Shown in pieces: positions 53,151-53,191 of a stretch of DNA of 53,191 bases. Under the pieces are notes generated by a model, which saw nothing but the letters and a program-made list of their open reading frames with translations, ran no database searches and had not been told where the DNA came from. A program made the position numbers and the translations under genes. Source of the stretch: an uncultured Methanosarcinales archaeon (GTDB taxonomy: Archaea > Nanobdellota > Nanobdellia > Woesearchaeales > CAZPJY01); assembly GCA_964587045.1 (NCBI GenBank), contig CAZPJY010000009.1, positions 1-53,191 on the forward strand, written 5' to 3'. How positions within the stretch are numbered: the first letter of the stretch is position 1; each line of letters starts with the position of its first letter.

Positions 53151-53191
53151 TTATTTTGCCTTTTTCTGCTTTGCAGTTTCGCTCACTTTGT
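53151..53191 (-). CDS. Possible 3' end of a gene entering from the right edge (...KVSETAKQKKAK*)
   Basis: 13 codons ending in TAA; too short to confirm. Confidence 0.3.
   Translation of the reverse strand, partial: KVSETAKQKKAK

Overview
A gene-dense, mostly GC-rich window from an archaeon, most plausibly DPANN/Woesearchaeota-like. The lineage call is an inference from ribosomal protein L35Ae, a PAC2 proteasome chaperone, a tandem double Lrp/AsnC regulator, class III (prepilin-type) signal peptides, GGAGGTGA Shine-Dalgarno sites and TTTA(T/A)A boxes just upstream of starts. Recognisable housekeeping genes: NAD-dependent sugar epimerase, metallophosphoesterase, tatA/tatC, MEMO-AMMECR1 fusion, DEDDh exonuclease, beta-propeller lipoprotein, exported MsrA and MsrB, dUTPase, KamA-family radical SAM, TctA-family permease, rpl35ae, PAC2, alpha/beta hydrolase, cysK/cysE and a type II P-type ATPase. 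Four loci stand out. (1) Two radical SAM/SPASM genes flank an unannotated 24-aa ORF with a perfect SD (MEVRADKFLSGHYAYFAELPEREQ), a candidate archaeal RiPP cluster. (2) A coupled operon runs AbrB-like regulator, long MoxR-type AAA+ ATPase, HExxH/vWA protein, then three divergent paralogs sharing a conserved N-terminal tag. (3) A tandem array of membrane proteins has a conserved TM module and swapped C-termini. (4) A ~10 kb surface/pilin-like locus includes a protein with an internal class III signal. No rRNA, tRNA, CRISPR array or transposase was recognised. All family calls are motif recognition by eye; no database searches were run.
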